In this document: piece by piece, positions 1 through 10,107 of the stretch
How the letters are laid out: every line of letters begins with the position of its first letter
Position numbering within the stretch: the first letter of the stretch is position 1
Assembly (NCBI GenBank): GCA_963717435.1
Contig: OY970332.1
Location: forward strand, 1,056,001-1,120,000
Origin: an uncultured bacterium
GTDB taxonomy: Bacteria > Babelota > Babeliae > Babelales > Babelaceae
Direction of reading: 5' to 3'
DNA: 64,000 nt
Position numbers and translations under genes: made by a program
The notes under the pieces: generated by a model
Seen by the model: the letters and a program-made list of their open reading frames with translations, nothing else
What the model was told of the DNA's origin: nothing
Databases searched by the model: none

Positions 1-59
1 GAAATATTGATTTTATACGTGAACTATTTAAATTTTGCAGTAATAATCCAGAAACAAAT

Positions 60-971
60 TTGAATCTTAGCATAAAAGATAGTAAAGAAGATGATAAAAA
101 AAATGGGAAAAATACGGATGAAACGGCGTTTGAGCGCTGCGTTGATAATTATCTTGAATGCAAAGAAAATTCAGAAAAATATATTAGGCACATAAATATT
201 ATAAAACTCTTTTTGGATCACCACACAATTTCACGAATTTCGCCCGGTTATTTCCCCTTGCACAGCTTAATATCTCAAAAAGATATAAAATTTAAGCCGG
301 TATTGGATCTTGTTGATATAAACTATTTAAATTTACAAGATATGTATGGGGACTCACTTGCGCACAAAGCTGCACGATTTGGAAACGAAGAAATTTTGCA
401 ATATTTAATTAAAAGAATAGCTAACATAAATTTGAAAAACAATCTTGGTAGACTGCCTATTCACGAAGCGGCTTTAAATAAAAATCAAGCCATTTTGCAA
501 GTTTTATTAGATGCTGGTGGATGCAACATTTCAGAAAAAGATAATTACGGGAAAACTGTGTTGGATTATGCAATCGAATCTAATTATCTTTTGAATATTT
601 ATACGCTAATAAATTCTCAAGAAGTTGATTATGCGCCCCTTATGAAAGTCATAAAGAATTGTTCTGCTGGGTTTGATAAACAGGATATAAAAAATATAAA
701 CAGCATAATTAATGGCGATCTAAATTCAATATTACAGAAAAATAAATTTGGCTTAAACGCGCTTCATGTCTGTGTTATCAATAGCAATTATCTCGCACTA
801 AAGTTTTTGTTAGACGAACTAAGGGAGCAAAAAACTCTAAGTGTTTCGGATTTTAATTCGATCTTAGATTCGCAAGATAATTTCAAGAATAATTTGTTGC
901 AACTGTCATCGATTTGCAATTGCATCGATAGCGGCGAAGTTATTAGAAATTTTAAGAAAATGATTCAGTAA
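60..971 (+). CDS. Ankyrin repeat protein
   Basis: Ank motifs GDSLAHKAARFG, GRLPIHEAALNK, GKTVLDYAIES, GLNALHVCVINS; TTG start uncertain. Confidence 0.8.
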   Translation: MNLSIKDSKEDDKKNGKNTDETAFERCVDNYLECKENSEKYIRHINIIKLFLDHHTISRISPGYFPLHSLISQKDIKFKPVLDLVDINYLNLQDMYGDSLAHKAARFGNEEILQYLIKRIANINLKNNLGRLPIHEAALNKNQAILQVLLDAGGCNISEKDNYGKTVLDYAIESNYLLNIYTLINSQEVDYAPLMKVIKNCSAGFDKQDIKNINSIINGDLNSILQKNKFGLNALHVCVINSNYLALKFLLDELREQKTLSVSDFNSILDSQDNFKNNLLQLSSICNCIDSGEVIRNFKKMIQ

Positions 972-1055
972 GTTTATTATTTGTTTTAAAAATAAAAAAA
1001 TCAGTGTTATTGTAATTTGGTATTAAAAAACAATCCCAAAAAGAGAAAGAGTATT

Positions 1056-2459
1056 ATGAAGAGTGTAAATATTTTATCGAAAAATGTTACAAACTTAAGG
1101 TCAATTCCAAAATTTCTTGTGTTAACCTTACTGAGCTTTGCGCCGCAATTGTTTGCTATGCAAGGCACGCTGGACACATCTTTTAATCCAACAGGAACAC
1201 CTCCTGGAACAGTCACTACACAGCCAGGTGGCGCTACAAGCAGCGGATTAAATTCAATAGCGATACAATCTAATGGACAAATTGTTGCCGGTGGAAGTGC
1301 CAATAATGAATTTGCATTAGCAAGATACAACACCAATGGAACACTGGACACCAGTTTTGGTACTAATGGCGTTGTTATGATGCAACCTAGTGGCTCTACA
1401 GGTAGCGGATTAAATTCAATAGCAATACAATCTAATGGACAAATCGTTGCTGCTGGCTATGCAACTATAAACAGTGCCGCTGAATTTGCATTGGCAAGAT
1501 ACAACAGCAATGGCACATTGGACACAAACTTTGGTACTAATGGCGTTGTTACAAGGCAACCTAGTGGCTCTACAAGTAGCTCAATATATTCAATAGCGAT
1601 ACAATCTGATGGCAAAATCGTTGCCGGTGGATCAGCCCAGATTGGCAATAATGAATTTGCATTAGCAAGATTTAACAGCAATGGCACATTGGACACAAAC
1701 TTTGGTACTAATGGCGTTGTTACGGTGAAACCTAGCGGCGCTACAAGTAGCCAAATAAATTCAATAACAATACAATCTAATGGACAAATCGTTGCTGCTG
1801 GACAGGCAGTCATAAATACCATTTATGAATGTGCATTGGTTAGATACAACACCAATGGAACATTGGACGCCAGCTTTGGCACTAATGGCGTTGTCACCAC
1901 GCAACCTAGCGGCAGTTCGATTAGCGGATTAAATTCAATAACAATACAATCTAATGGACAAATCGTTGCTGGCGGTTTTGCAGTCATAAACGGCAACCAG
2001 TTCTTTGCCGTGGCTAGATACAACACCAATGGAACATTAGACACAAGCTTTGGAACTGATGGCATTGTTGCGACCGAAAATCCCGACGGTGGCGTAATAA
2101 ACTCAGTGGCAATACAATCTGATGGCAAAATCGTTGCAGGTGGAACTACAACAATAGGTGAAGGTGAATTTGAATTGGCAAGATACAACAGCAATGGCAG
2201 TTTAGACAATAGCTTTGGTACTGACGGTCTTGTCACGACCACTCCCGGCGGCAGTTCATATAGCATAATGTACGCAATGGCAATACAATCTAATGGACAA
2301 ATTGTTTCCGGCGGATTTGCACAAATAGGCAGTAACTTTGAATTTGCATTGGCAAGATACAATGCAAGCACAAGTTTGACCCAAAGTGCGCTGACATTAG
2401 CTCTAAAAAACAAATATTATGCTAATGGAACTGGCGCTAAACAGGGCCCGGTGTTTTAA
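1056..2459 (+). CDS. Secreted delta-60 repeat (7-blade beta-propeller-like) protein, copy 1
   Basis: 7x SIAIQS(N/D)G(Q/K)IVAGG...FALARYNxNGxLDxSFGxNG; signal peptide; start at ATG 1056 by alignment with paralogs (ORF track starts 1017). Confidence 0.85.
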   Translation: MKSVNILSKNVTNLRSIPKFLVLTLLSFAPQLFAMQGTLDTSFNPTGTPPGTVTTQPGGATSSGLNSIAIQSNGQIVAGGSANNEFALARYNTNGTLDTSFGTNGVVMMQPSGSTGSGLNSIAIQSNGQIVAAGYATINSAAEFALARYNSNGTLDTNFGTNGVVTRQPSGSTSSSIYSIAIQSDGKIVAGGSAQIGNNEFALARFNSNGTLDTNFGTNGVVTVKPSGATSSQINSITIQSNGQIVAAGQAVINTIYECALVRYNTNGTLDASFGTNGVVTTQPSGSSISGLNSITIQSNGQIVAGGFAVINGNQFFAVARYNTNGTLDTSFGTDGIVATENPDGGVINSVAIQSDGKIVAGGTTTIGEGEFELARYNSNGSLDNSFGTDGLVTTTPGGSSYSIMYAMAIQSNGQIVSGGFAQIGSNFEFALARYNASTSLTQSALTLALKNKYYANGTGAKQGPVF

Positions 2460-2506
2460 AACTTTGATAGCAAGTTGACCAAGTATACGTAATTTTTTTT
2501 AAACAT

Positions 2507-2543
2507 AATCAGCCCTGGGAATTTAAATATCCCGGGGCTGATT
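2507..2543. terminator. Intergenic hairpin, probable intrinsic terminator
   Basis: aatcagccctggga-atttaaata-tcccggggctgatt after copy 1. Confidence 0.65.
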
Positions 2544-2621
2544 GTTTATTTGAAAAAAAACAGAAAATAATGTTATTGTAAGCTGGTATCAAAAAACAAT
2601 TTCAAAAGGAGAAACTGTATT

Positions 2622-4046
2622 ATGAATATTGTAAATATTTTATCGAAAAATGTTGCAAACTTAACGTCAATTGCAAAATTTCTTGTGTTAACCTTACTGA
2701 GCTTTGCGCCGCAATTACTCGCGACGCAAGGCACACTGGACACAACGTTTAATCCAACAGGAACACCTCCTGGAACAGTCGCCACACCAATTCCCAGCAG
2801 TTCGCAGAGCATATTAAATTCAATGGCAATACAATCTAATGGACAAATTGTTGCCGGTGGAACCGCAACCATAGGCGGCAACGAGTTATTTGCACTAGCA
2901 AGATACAACACCAATGGATCTTTGGACACAAACTTTGGAACTAATGGCATTGTTACAATGCAACCTAGTGGGGCTACAGGTAGCGTAATATATTCAATGG
3001 CAATACAATCTAATGGACAAATCGTCGCTGCTGGAGGGGCAGTCATAGGCGGCAACCAGTTATTTGCATTGGCAAGATACAACAGCAATGGAACTTTGGA
3101 CACCAGTTTTGGCACTAATGGCGTTGTTACCACAGCAATCCCCGGCAGTCCGGCTAGCGTAATATATTCAATAGCAATACAATCTAATGGACAAATCGTC
3201 GCTGCTGGAGGGGCAGTCATAGGCGGCAACGGTGAATTTGCATTGGCAAGATACAACACCAATGGAACTTTGGACACAAACTTTGGAACTAATGGCATTG
3301 TCGCTATGCAGATTAGCGGCTCTAATTATAGCCAAATATATTCAATGGCAATACAATCTAATGGTCAAATCATTGCCGGTGGCTATGCAATCATAGGCAG
3401 CAACGGTGAATTTGCATTGGCAAGATACAACACCAATGGATCTTTGGACACAAACTTTGGAACTAATGGCATTGTCGCTATGCAGATTAGCGGCTCTAAT
3501 TATAGCCAAATATTTTCAATAGCAATACAATCTAATGGTCAAATTGTTGCCGGTGGAGCGGCAATCATAGGCGGCAACGGCGAATTTGTATTGGCAAGAT
3601 ATAACACCAATGGAACACTGGACACCAGTTTTGGAAATAATGGCATTGTTACGATGCAGCCTAGCGGCGCTACAGGTGGTGAAATAAACTCAATAGCAAT
3701 ACAATCTAATGGTCAAATTGTTGCCGGTGGATATGCAACCATAAGCGGTGCTAATGAATTTGCTTTGGCAAGATACAACAGCAATGGCAGTTTAGACAAT
3801 AGCTTTGGTACTAACGGTATTGTCACGACCACTCCCGGCGGCAGTTCAGCTAGCGAAGTATTTTCAATGGCAATACAATCTAACGGACAAATTGTTGCCG
3901 GTGGTTTTGCAGTCATAGGCAGCCCCCAATTTGGACTAGCTAGATATAATGCAAGCACAAGTTTGACCCAAAGTGCGTTGACACTGGCTCTAAAAAACAA
4001 GTATTACGCTAATGGCACTGGCGCTAAACAGGGCCCAGTGTTCTAA
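2622..4046 (+). CDS. Secreted delta-60 repeat protein, copy 2
   Basis: Same 7-repeat architecture, signal peptide and C-terminal tail. Confidence 0.85.
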   Translation: MNIVNILSKNVANLTSIAKFLVLTLLSFAPQLLATQGTLDTTFNPTGTPPGTVATPIPSSSQSILNSMAIQSNGQIVAGGTATIGGNELFALARYNTNGSLDTNFGTNGIVTMQPSGATGSVIYSMAIQSNGQIVAAGGAVIGGNQLFALARYNSNGTLDTSFGTNGVVTTAIPGSPASVIYSIAIQSNGQIVAAGGAVIGGNGEFALARYNTNGTLDTNFGTNGIVAMQISGSNYSQIYSMAIQSNGQIIAGGYAIIGSNGEFALARYNTNGSLDTNFGTNGIVAMQISGSNYSQIFSIAIQSNGQIVAGGAAIIGGNGEFVLARYNTNGTLDTSFGNNGIVTMQPSGATGGEINSIAIQSNGQIVAGGYATISGANEFALARYNSNGSLDNSFGTNGIVTTTPGGSSASEVFSMAIQSNGQIVAGGFAVIGSPQFGLARYNASTSLTQSALTLALKNKYYANGTGAKQGPVF

Positions 4047-4093
4047 AACTTTGATAGCAAGTTGACCAAGTATACGTAATTTTTTTTAAACAT

Positions 4094-4130
4094 AATCAGC
4101 CCTGGGAATTTAAATATCCCGGGGCTGATT
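4094..4130. terminator. Intergenic hairpin identical to 2507-2543
   Basis: Direct sequence identity. Confidence 0.65.
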
Positions 4131-4208
4131 GTTTATTTGAAAAAAACCAGAAAATAATGTTATTGTAAGCTGGTATCAAAAAACAATCCCAAAAGGAGAA
4201 AGTGTATT

Positions 4209-5603
4209 ATGAAGAGTGTAAATATTTTATCGAAAAATGTTGCAAACTCAACGCCAATTGCAAAATTTCTTGCATTAACTTTACTGAGCTTTGCGCCGCA
4301 ATTGCTCGCGATGCAGGGCTCGCTGGACACAACGTTTAATCCAACAGGAACCCCTCCTGGAACAGTCACTACCCAACCTAGTGGCGCTACAATTAGCCAA
4401 ATAAATTCAATAGCAATACAATCTAATGGACAAATCGTTGCCGGTGGAGTGGCAGTCATAGGCGGCAACAACTATTTTGCATTGGCAAGATACAACAGCA
4501 ATGGCACACTAGACACAAACTTTGGAACTAATGGCGTTGTCACCACGCAACCTAGTGGCATAATGATATCATTAGCTATACAATCTGATGGCAAAATTGT
4601 TGGTGGCGGAACAAACAACGGTGAAGGTGAATTTGAATTGGCAAGATACAACACCAATGGATCTTTGGACACCAGTTTTGGCACTAATGGCGTTGTTACG
4701 ACTGCAATTAGCGGCACTATAAGTGCCGTAATAGATTCAATAGCAATACAATCTAATGGACAAATCGTCACCGGCGGATTTGCAACAACCATAAGCGGTT
4801 CTAATGAATTTGCTTTGGCAAGATATAACAGCAATGGCACATTGGACACCAGTTTTGGAACTAATGGTATTGTTGCGATGCAACTTAGCGGCAGTTTGGC
4901 TAGCGCAATATATTCAATAGCAATACAATCTGATGGCAAAATTGTTGCCGGGGGAACGGCATTAATAGGCGGCATCCCTGAATTTGCGTTGGCAAGATAC
5001 AACACCAATGGATCTTTGGACACCAGTTTTGGAACTAATGGCGTTGTTACAAGGCAACCTAGTGGCTCTACAAGTAGCTCAATATATTCAATAGCGATAC
5101 AATCTGATGGCAAAATCGTTGCCGGTGGATCAGCCCAGATTGGCAATAATGAATTTGCATTAGCAAGATTTAACAGCAATGGCACATTGGACACCAGTTT
5201 TGGAACTAATGGCGTTGTAATCACGCAACCTAGTGGGGCTATAACTGGCCAACTATTTTCAATAGCAATACAATCTGATGGGCAAATCGTCGCCAGTGGA
5301 CAAAGCAACGGCACACTTGCATTAGCAAGGTATAACACTAATGGAACCTTGGACACAAACTTTGGAACTAATGGCATTGTTACGACGCAACCTAGCGGCG
5401 CTACAGGTGGTGAAATAAACTCAATAGCAATACAATCTAATGGTCAAATTGTTGCCGGTGGATATGCAGTCATAGGCAATAACGAATTTGCGTTGGCTAG
5501 ATATAATGCAAGCACAAGTTTGACCCAAAGTGCGTTGACACTGGCTCTAAAAAACAAGTACTACGCTAATGGCACTGGCGCTAAACAGGGCCCGGTGTTT
5601 TAA
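4209..5603 (+). CDS. Secreted delta-60 repeat protein, copy 3
   Basis: Same architecture. Confidence 0.85.
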   Translation: MKSVNILSKNVANSTPIAKFLALTLLSFAPQLLAMQGSLDTTFNPTGTPPGTVTTQPSGATISQINSIAIQSNGQIVAGGVAVIGGNNYFALARYNSNGTLDTNFGTNGVVTTQPSGIMISLAIQSDGKIVGGGTNNGEGEFELARYNTNGSLDTSFGTNGVVTTAISGTISAVIDSIAIQSNGQIVTGGFATTISGSNEFALARYNSNGTLDTSFGTNGIVAMQLSGSLASAIYSIAIQSDGKIVAGGTALIGGIPEFALARYNTNGSLDTSFGTNGVVTRQPSGSTSSSIYSIAIQSDGKIVAGGSAQIGNNEFALARFNSNGTLDTSFGTNGVVITQPSGAITGQLFSIAIQSDGQIVASGQSNGTLALARYNTNGTLDTNFGTNGIVTTQPSGATGGEINSIAIQSNGQIVAGGYAVIGNNEFALARYNASTSLTQSALTLALKNKYYANGTGAKQGPVF

Positions 5604-5639
5604 AACTTTGATAACAAGTTAACCAAGTATACTTATTTG

Positions 5640-5684
5640 ACATAATCAGCCCCGGGAGTTTAGATATCCCAGGGCTGATTATGT
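5640..5684. terminator. Intergenic hairpin variant
   Basis: acataatcagccccggga-gtttagata-tcccagggctgattatgt. Confidence 0.65.
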
Positions 5685-5755
5685 TTAAAAAAAAACAGAA
5701 AATAATGTTATTGTAAGTTGATATTAAAAACAATTCCAAAAGGAGAAAGTGTATT

Positions 5756-7180
5756 ATGAAGAGTGTAAATATTTTATCGAAAAATGTTGCAAACTCAACG
5801 TCAATTGCAAAATTTCTTGCATTAACTTTACTGAGCTTTGCGCCGCAATTGCTCGCGATGCAAGGCACACTGGACACAACATTTAATCCAACAGGAACCC
5901 CTCCGGGAACAGTCGCCACACCAATTCCCAGCAGTTCGCAGAGCATATTATATTCAATGGCAATACAATCTAATGGACAAATCATTGCCGGTGGATTTGC
6001 AAGCATAGGCGGCAGCCAGTTATTTGCATTGGCAAGATATAACACTAATGGAACTTTGGACACAAACTTTGGAACTAATGGAATTGTTACAATGCAACCT
6101 AGTGGGGCTACAAATAGCCAACTATTTTCAATAGCAATACAATCTGATGGCAAAATTGTTGCTGCTGGACAGACAACCATAGGCGGCAACGGTGAATTTG
6201 TATTGGCTAGATTTAACACCAATGGAACGCTGGACACCAGTTTTGGCACTAATGGCATTGTTACGACGCAACCTAGCGGCGCTACAGGTGGCGTAATATA
6301 TTCAATAGCAATACAATCTAATGGTCAAATTGTTGCCGGGGGAGCTGTAACCATAAGCGGGACAAATGAATTTGCATTGGCTAGATACAACACCAATGGA
6401 TCTTTGGACACAAACTTTGGTACCAATGGCATTGTTACAATGCAACCTGGCGCTACAGGTAGTAGCGTAATATTTTCAATAGCAATGCAATCTAATGGAC
6501 AAATCGTTGCTGCTGGACAGGCAACCATAGGCGGCGGCCCCGCATTTGCATTGGCAAGATACAACACCAATGGAACACTGGACACCAGTTTTGGCACTAA
6601 TGGCGTTGTCGCCATGCAGATTAGTGGCTCTAATTATAGCCAAATAAATTCAATAGCAATACAATCTAATGGTCAAATCATTGCCGGTGGATTTGCAATC
6701 ATAGGCGGCAACGAGTTCTTTGTATTGGCAAGATATAACACCAATGGAACACTGGACACCAGTTTTGGAACTAATGGCATTGTTACGATGCAACCTGGCG
6801 GCGCTACAGGTGGCGTAATAAATTCAATAGCAATACAATCTAATGGTCAAATTGTTGCTGGTGGACAGGCAACCATAAGCGGTGCTAATGAATTTGTGTT
6901 GGCTAGATACAACAGCAATGGCAGTTTAGACAATAGCTTTGGTACTAACGGTATTGTCACGACCACTCCCGGCGGCAGTTCAGCTAGCGAAGTATTTTCA
7001 ATAGCAATACAATCTAACGGACAAATTGTTGCCGGTGGAGGAGCAACCATAGGCAGCCCCCAATTTGCGTTGGCAAGATACAATGCAAGCACAAGTTTGA
7101 CTCAAAGTGCGCTGACACTGGCTCTAAAAAACAAGTACTACGCTAATGGTAGTGGCGCAAAACAGGGTCCGGTGTTTTAA
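5756..7180 (+). CDS. Secreted delta-60 repeat protein, copy 4
   Basis: Same architecture. Confidence 0.85.
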   Translation: MKSVNILSKNVANSTSIAKFLALTLLSFAPQLLAMQGTLDTTFNPTGTPPGTVATPIPSSSQSILYSMAIQSNGQIIAGGFASIGGSQLFALARYNTNGTLDTNFGTNGIVTMQPSGATNSQLFSIAIQSDGKIVAAGQTTIGGNGEFVLARFNTNGTLDTSFGTNGIVTTQPSGATGGVIYSIAIQSNGQIVAGGAVTISGTNEFALARYNTNGSLDTNFGTNGIVTMQPGATGSSVIFSIAMQSNGQIVAAGQATIGGGPAFALARYNTNGTLDTSFGTNGVVAMQISGSNYSQINSIAIQSNGQIIAGGFAIIGGNEFFVLARYNTNGTLDTSFGTNGIVTMQPGGATGGVINSIAIQSNGQIVAGGQATISGANEFVLARYNSNGSLDNSFGTNGIVTTTPGGSSASEVFSIAIQSNGQIVAGGGATIGSPQFALARYNASTSLTQSALTLALKNKYYANGSGAKQGPVF

Positions 7181-7223
7181 AACTTTGATAACAAGTTAAC
7201 CAAGTATACTTATTTGACAAAAT

Positions 7224-7252
7224 AAGCCCCCAGGATTAATTTCTGGGGGCTT
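7224..7252. terminator. Bidirectional intrinsic terminator between convergent genes
   Basis: aagcccccagga-ttaat-ttctgggggctt followed by T run. Confidence 0.7.
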
Positions 7253-7257
7253 TTAAA

Positions 7258-8199
7258 TTACTTTAACAAATCATCGATTTTCTTTTCAGGCGCCTGTTCA
7301 ATTCGATCAATATTATGCGCGTAAATCATGGTGGTATTGATATCTGAATGTCGGGCCATTGAGCGCGCCTCTTGAGGCGTTGCGCCTCCCATTAAACTAA
7401 ATGTGATTGCAGTGTGTCGCAAGCTGTGGGCGGTTAGTCTTGAGTCATCGATATCTATATCTTGAAGTCGTGTTTTTACTATTCTGGAAATAGATCTTGT
7501 AGTTAATCTTTTTCCAAAGTTTTTGGTGCTTAGCGACACAAATATTGGGTCCTCATCACGTACTTTTCCGCGGGCCTTTAGATAATCTTTTATTGGGGCA
7601 AGCGCAGTTTCGGTAAGCAAAACTATCTCATCCTTGCTATCGCGCCCTTTACCATGAACCAAGAGTACGGGCTGGCCACCTTGCTGGCAGATATCTTCTT
7701 TATTGGCGCGTATTATTTCTATGGTTCGCAACCCCGTCCTGACCATCAGGTTTAACATGGCATAATCCCGCTTGCCGACTAAATCTTTTGTGTCTATAGA
7801 ACTTAAGAGCTTTTTTACTTGGGCCAGGGTAAGTGAATCTTTTTTGAACCCTTTTTTTCTTTTGGGCCCCTTAACGCCCTTTGTTATATTTGGGTAGATT
7901 CTTGAAAAATCTAGCCATTCGAAAAATCTTCTTAGTGCTACAAGATAGCCCGCTATAGTGTGTGGGGCAAGCAGCTTTTTTTCTTTTAAAAACTCTTTAT
8001 ATGCAAGTATATCTTCTCTGTCAGGCGTGATTATATTACTTTTCTTTTGCCAAGCTATAAACTCGCCCAGCTGCTTTTTATATGTGTCTTTTGATGAGTA
8101 TCTTATGTCCAGTGTTCTGAAAAACTGGACCGTTAATTCGTCAATATTTGAAAGATTTGGATTTTCGGGAAAAGAAAATTTTAGCATCATACTCTCCAA
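7258..8199 (-). CDS. Tyrosine recombinase/integrase (Xer-like)
   Basis: GLRTIE, HGKG, HSLRH and ARHSDINTTMIY catalytic motifs; N-terminal SAM-like domain; start could be ATG ~8190. Confidence 0.9.
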   Translation of the reverse strand: MESMMLKFSFPENPNLSNIDELTVQFFRTLDIRYSSKDTYKKQLGEFIAWQKKSNIITPDREDILAYKEFLKEKKLLAPHTIAGYLVALRRFFEWLDFSRIYPNITKGVKGPKRKKGFKKDSLTLAQVKKLLSSIDTKDLVGKRDYAMLNLMVRTGLRTIEIIRANKEDICQQGGQPVLLVHGKGRDSKDEIVLLTETALAPIKDYLKARGKVRDEDPIFVSLSTKNFGKRLTTRSISRIVKTRLQDIDIDDSRLTAHSLRHTAITFSLMGGATPQEARSMARHSDINTTMIYAHNIDRIEQAPEKKIDDLLK

Positions 8200-8381
8200 C
8201 TTTTTTTATTTTACTACTTTTTTTGTATCTCAATCCAAATTTAGCATATTGACCCCGTAAATTCTATATTTGCGCAGTTTAGATGCTATTTTGTGCCCAC
8301 CAGTTGCGACACAAAATAAATTATGTAAAATATATAATATATCTGAATAAATTTATATATCTCGAGTTTTAATGGGGGTTT

Positions 8382-9950
8382 ATGTTCACAAATAATATTA
8401 ATAACAGCGCAAAGCTGTTTTTTCTGATTCTTTCTTTATTTTCTGCAAAATTAATGGGTATGAGTAGTGGGGAACCAAGACCAGCAAATCAGGACAAATA
8501 TTCTAAAATTAGTTCTGATGTGAAAAGTGTTATTCAAAAACTGGCAGATTCAGGTGTAGATCCCAAAAACCCTGAGGTAAGACTCGTAAGACAACTTAAA
8601 GATTGGACCGCTAATCATAAAAAAACTGTAGGGTTAAACTTAGTTCTACAAACCTTATTAGAGCCGCAAAGCCCATTTTTCAAAAGATTAATGGATGTAA
8701 TTGACGTCAAGTATATGGACTCCACACCAGAAGCGGGTATTTTTTCGATATGGTGGAGCCCTTGCGGGAATTATGCTGTTTCTTCTTCAGAGGACGGGAC
8801 AATTAAAATCTGGGATCTTACCAATAAAAACACTATTAAATCAACTGCAACTTTAGGTGGATATCATACTGAATCTATCAATTCGATATGTTTTAGCTCC
8901 GATGGGAACTTCTTTATTTCATGCGCAGATGATAAAACAATAAAAATATGGGATTTTACAAATAAAAAAGCCCCTAGGTTAATTAAAAGCTTATACGATG
9001 CCCAGCGCTCGCTTGTCTATTCTGTCGCATTGAGCTCAGATAATAAATACTTAATTTCAGGTTCTGGTGAAAAAGTTAAGATATGGGACATTAGAGATAA
9101 GGCAAACCCTAAATTAATTACAGAACTGGGGGACCATGAAGCTAAGGTTCGACTTGTATCTTTTAGCCCCGATGGGAACTACTTCGTTTCTTGTTCTGAT
9201 ACTTGCGATGATGACGATACTGAATTGGGTGATGCGATAATTAAAATATGGGATTTTTCTGATAAAACAATAGAGCCCAAATTGATTAAAACTTTAGTTG
9301 ACCCAGAAACTTCAGTCACATCGTTGTCTTTTACTCCCGATGGGAACTATTTTATTTACGGAGCAGATGATTTCAATATAGAAATATGTGATTTTAGAGA
9401 CAAATCAAATCCAAATCTAGTTCAAACGCTTCCCCCTCATAAATTTGCTGTTCGATCAGTGGCAATGGCTCGTAATGGCAAGTTTTTTATTTCCGGCTCA
9501 GATGGAAAAAGTGGGACTTGCGAAATTAAAATATGGCACTTAAATTCTAAGCAAATTATAGCGCCTATGTTAATTAAAAGTTTAAGTGGCTATCATCTTG
9601 AGACTCTTAGTTCAATATCTCTTAGCCCCGACGGTAAATATCTGCTTTCAGTTTCAAATGCCCCAGAATATAAAGCGGTAATAAAGTTATGGGATCTCAG
9701 ATTTTTGGAATTATATGACGAAATTAAAAAGCTTGTGGATACGCCTGATACAATCAAGATGCGCAAATTATTATTGTTGAATTCGATTTTGGAATTTAGA
9801 GACAATCAGAAAAACGCCAAACACGAATTATATAATATTAATCCGGCTCCATTTGTAATTAGTCACGAGGGATTAAAACCGCTGTTTATTTTATTGCCTG
9901 ATTATTTAAAACAAGCTTTGATTGAGAAAAACTACGTTGAGATAGTTTAA
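8382..9950 (+). CDS. Secreted WD40-repeat protein
   Basis: Repeated IKIWD / FSPDGNYF motifs; N-terminal signal peptide. Confidence 0.9.
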   Translation: MFTNNINNSAKLFFLILSLFSAKLMGMSSGEPRPANQDKYSKISSDVKSVIQKLADSGVDPKNPEVRLVRQLKDWTANHKKTVGLNLVLQTLLEPQSPFFKRLMDVIDVKYMDSTPEAGIFSIWWSPCGNYAVSSSEDGTIKIWDLTNKNTIKSTATLGGYHTESINSICFSSDGNFFISCADDKTIKIWDFTNKKAPRLIKSLYDAQRSLVYSVALSSDNKYLISGSGEKVKIWDIRDKANPKLITELGDHEAKVRLVSFSPDGNYFVSCSDTCDDDDTELGDAIIKIWDFSDKTIEPKLIKTLVDPETSVTSLSFTPDGNYFIYGADDFNIEICDFRDKSNPNLVQTLPPHKFAVRSVAMARNGKFFISGSDGKSGTCEIKIWHLNSKQIIAPMLIKSLSGYHLETLSSISLSPDGKYLLSVSNAPEYKAVIKLWDLRFLELYDEIKKLVDTPDTIKMRKLLLLNSILEFRDNQKNAKHELYNINPAPFVISHEGLKPLFILLPDYLKQALIEKNYVEIV

Positions 9951-10023
9951 AAAGCAAAGTAGTTTTATACCCCGCTACGCCGGGCACAGCCGATTGATGT
10001 ATAAGCCCACAAAGCGAAATCAA

Positions 10024-10084
10024 AACCGCTCGTCCCGAGTGTTTTTCGTAGCGAAGCGAAGAAAAATGTATCGAGGGATGGGCG
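10024..10084 (+). repeat. Structured palindromic repeat, left flank of GIY-YIG gene
   Basis: aaccgctcgtcccgagtg-tttttcgtagcgaagcgaagaaaaa-tgtatcgagggatgg. Confidence 0.9.
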
Positions 10085-10107
10085 TTAAAGAAAGATATAT
10101 TAAAGTT

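Noticed and set aside
1007-7092. Long antisense ORFs over the propeller genes
   Set aside because: Shadow frames of repetitive G/S/T/N-rich coding sequence; no independent signals.
1056-7180. Diversity-generating retroelement or CRISPR as the source of repeats
   Set aside because: No reverse transcriptase or cas genes in the window; the repeats are coding and variation is not visibly adenine-specific.
9994-10107. N-terminal extension of the GIY-YIG ORF
   Set aside because: It is translated repeat DNA; the family domain begins at ATG 10108.
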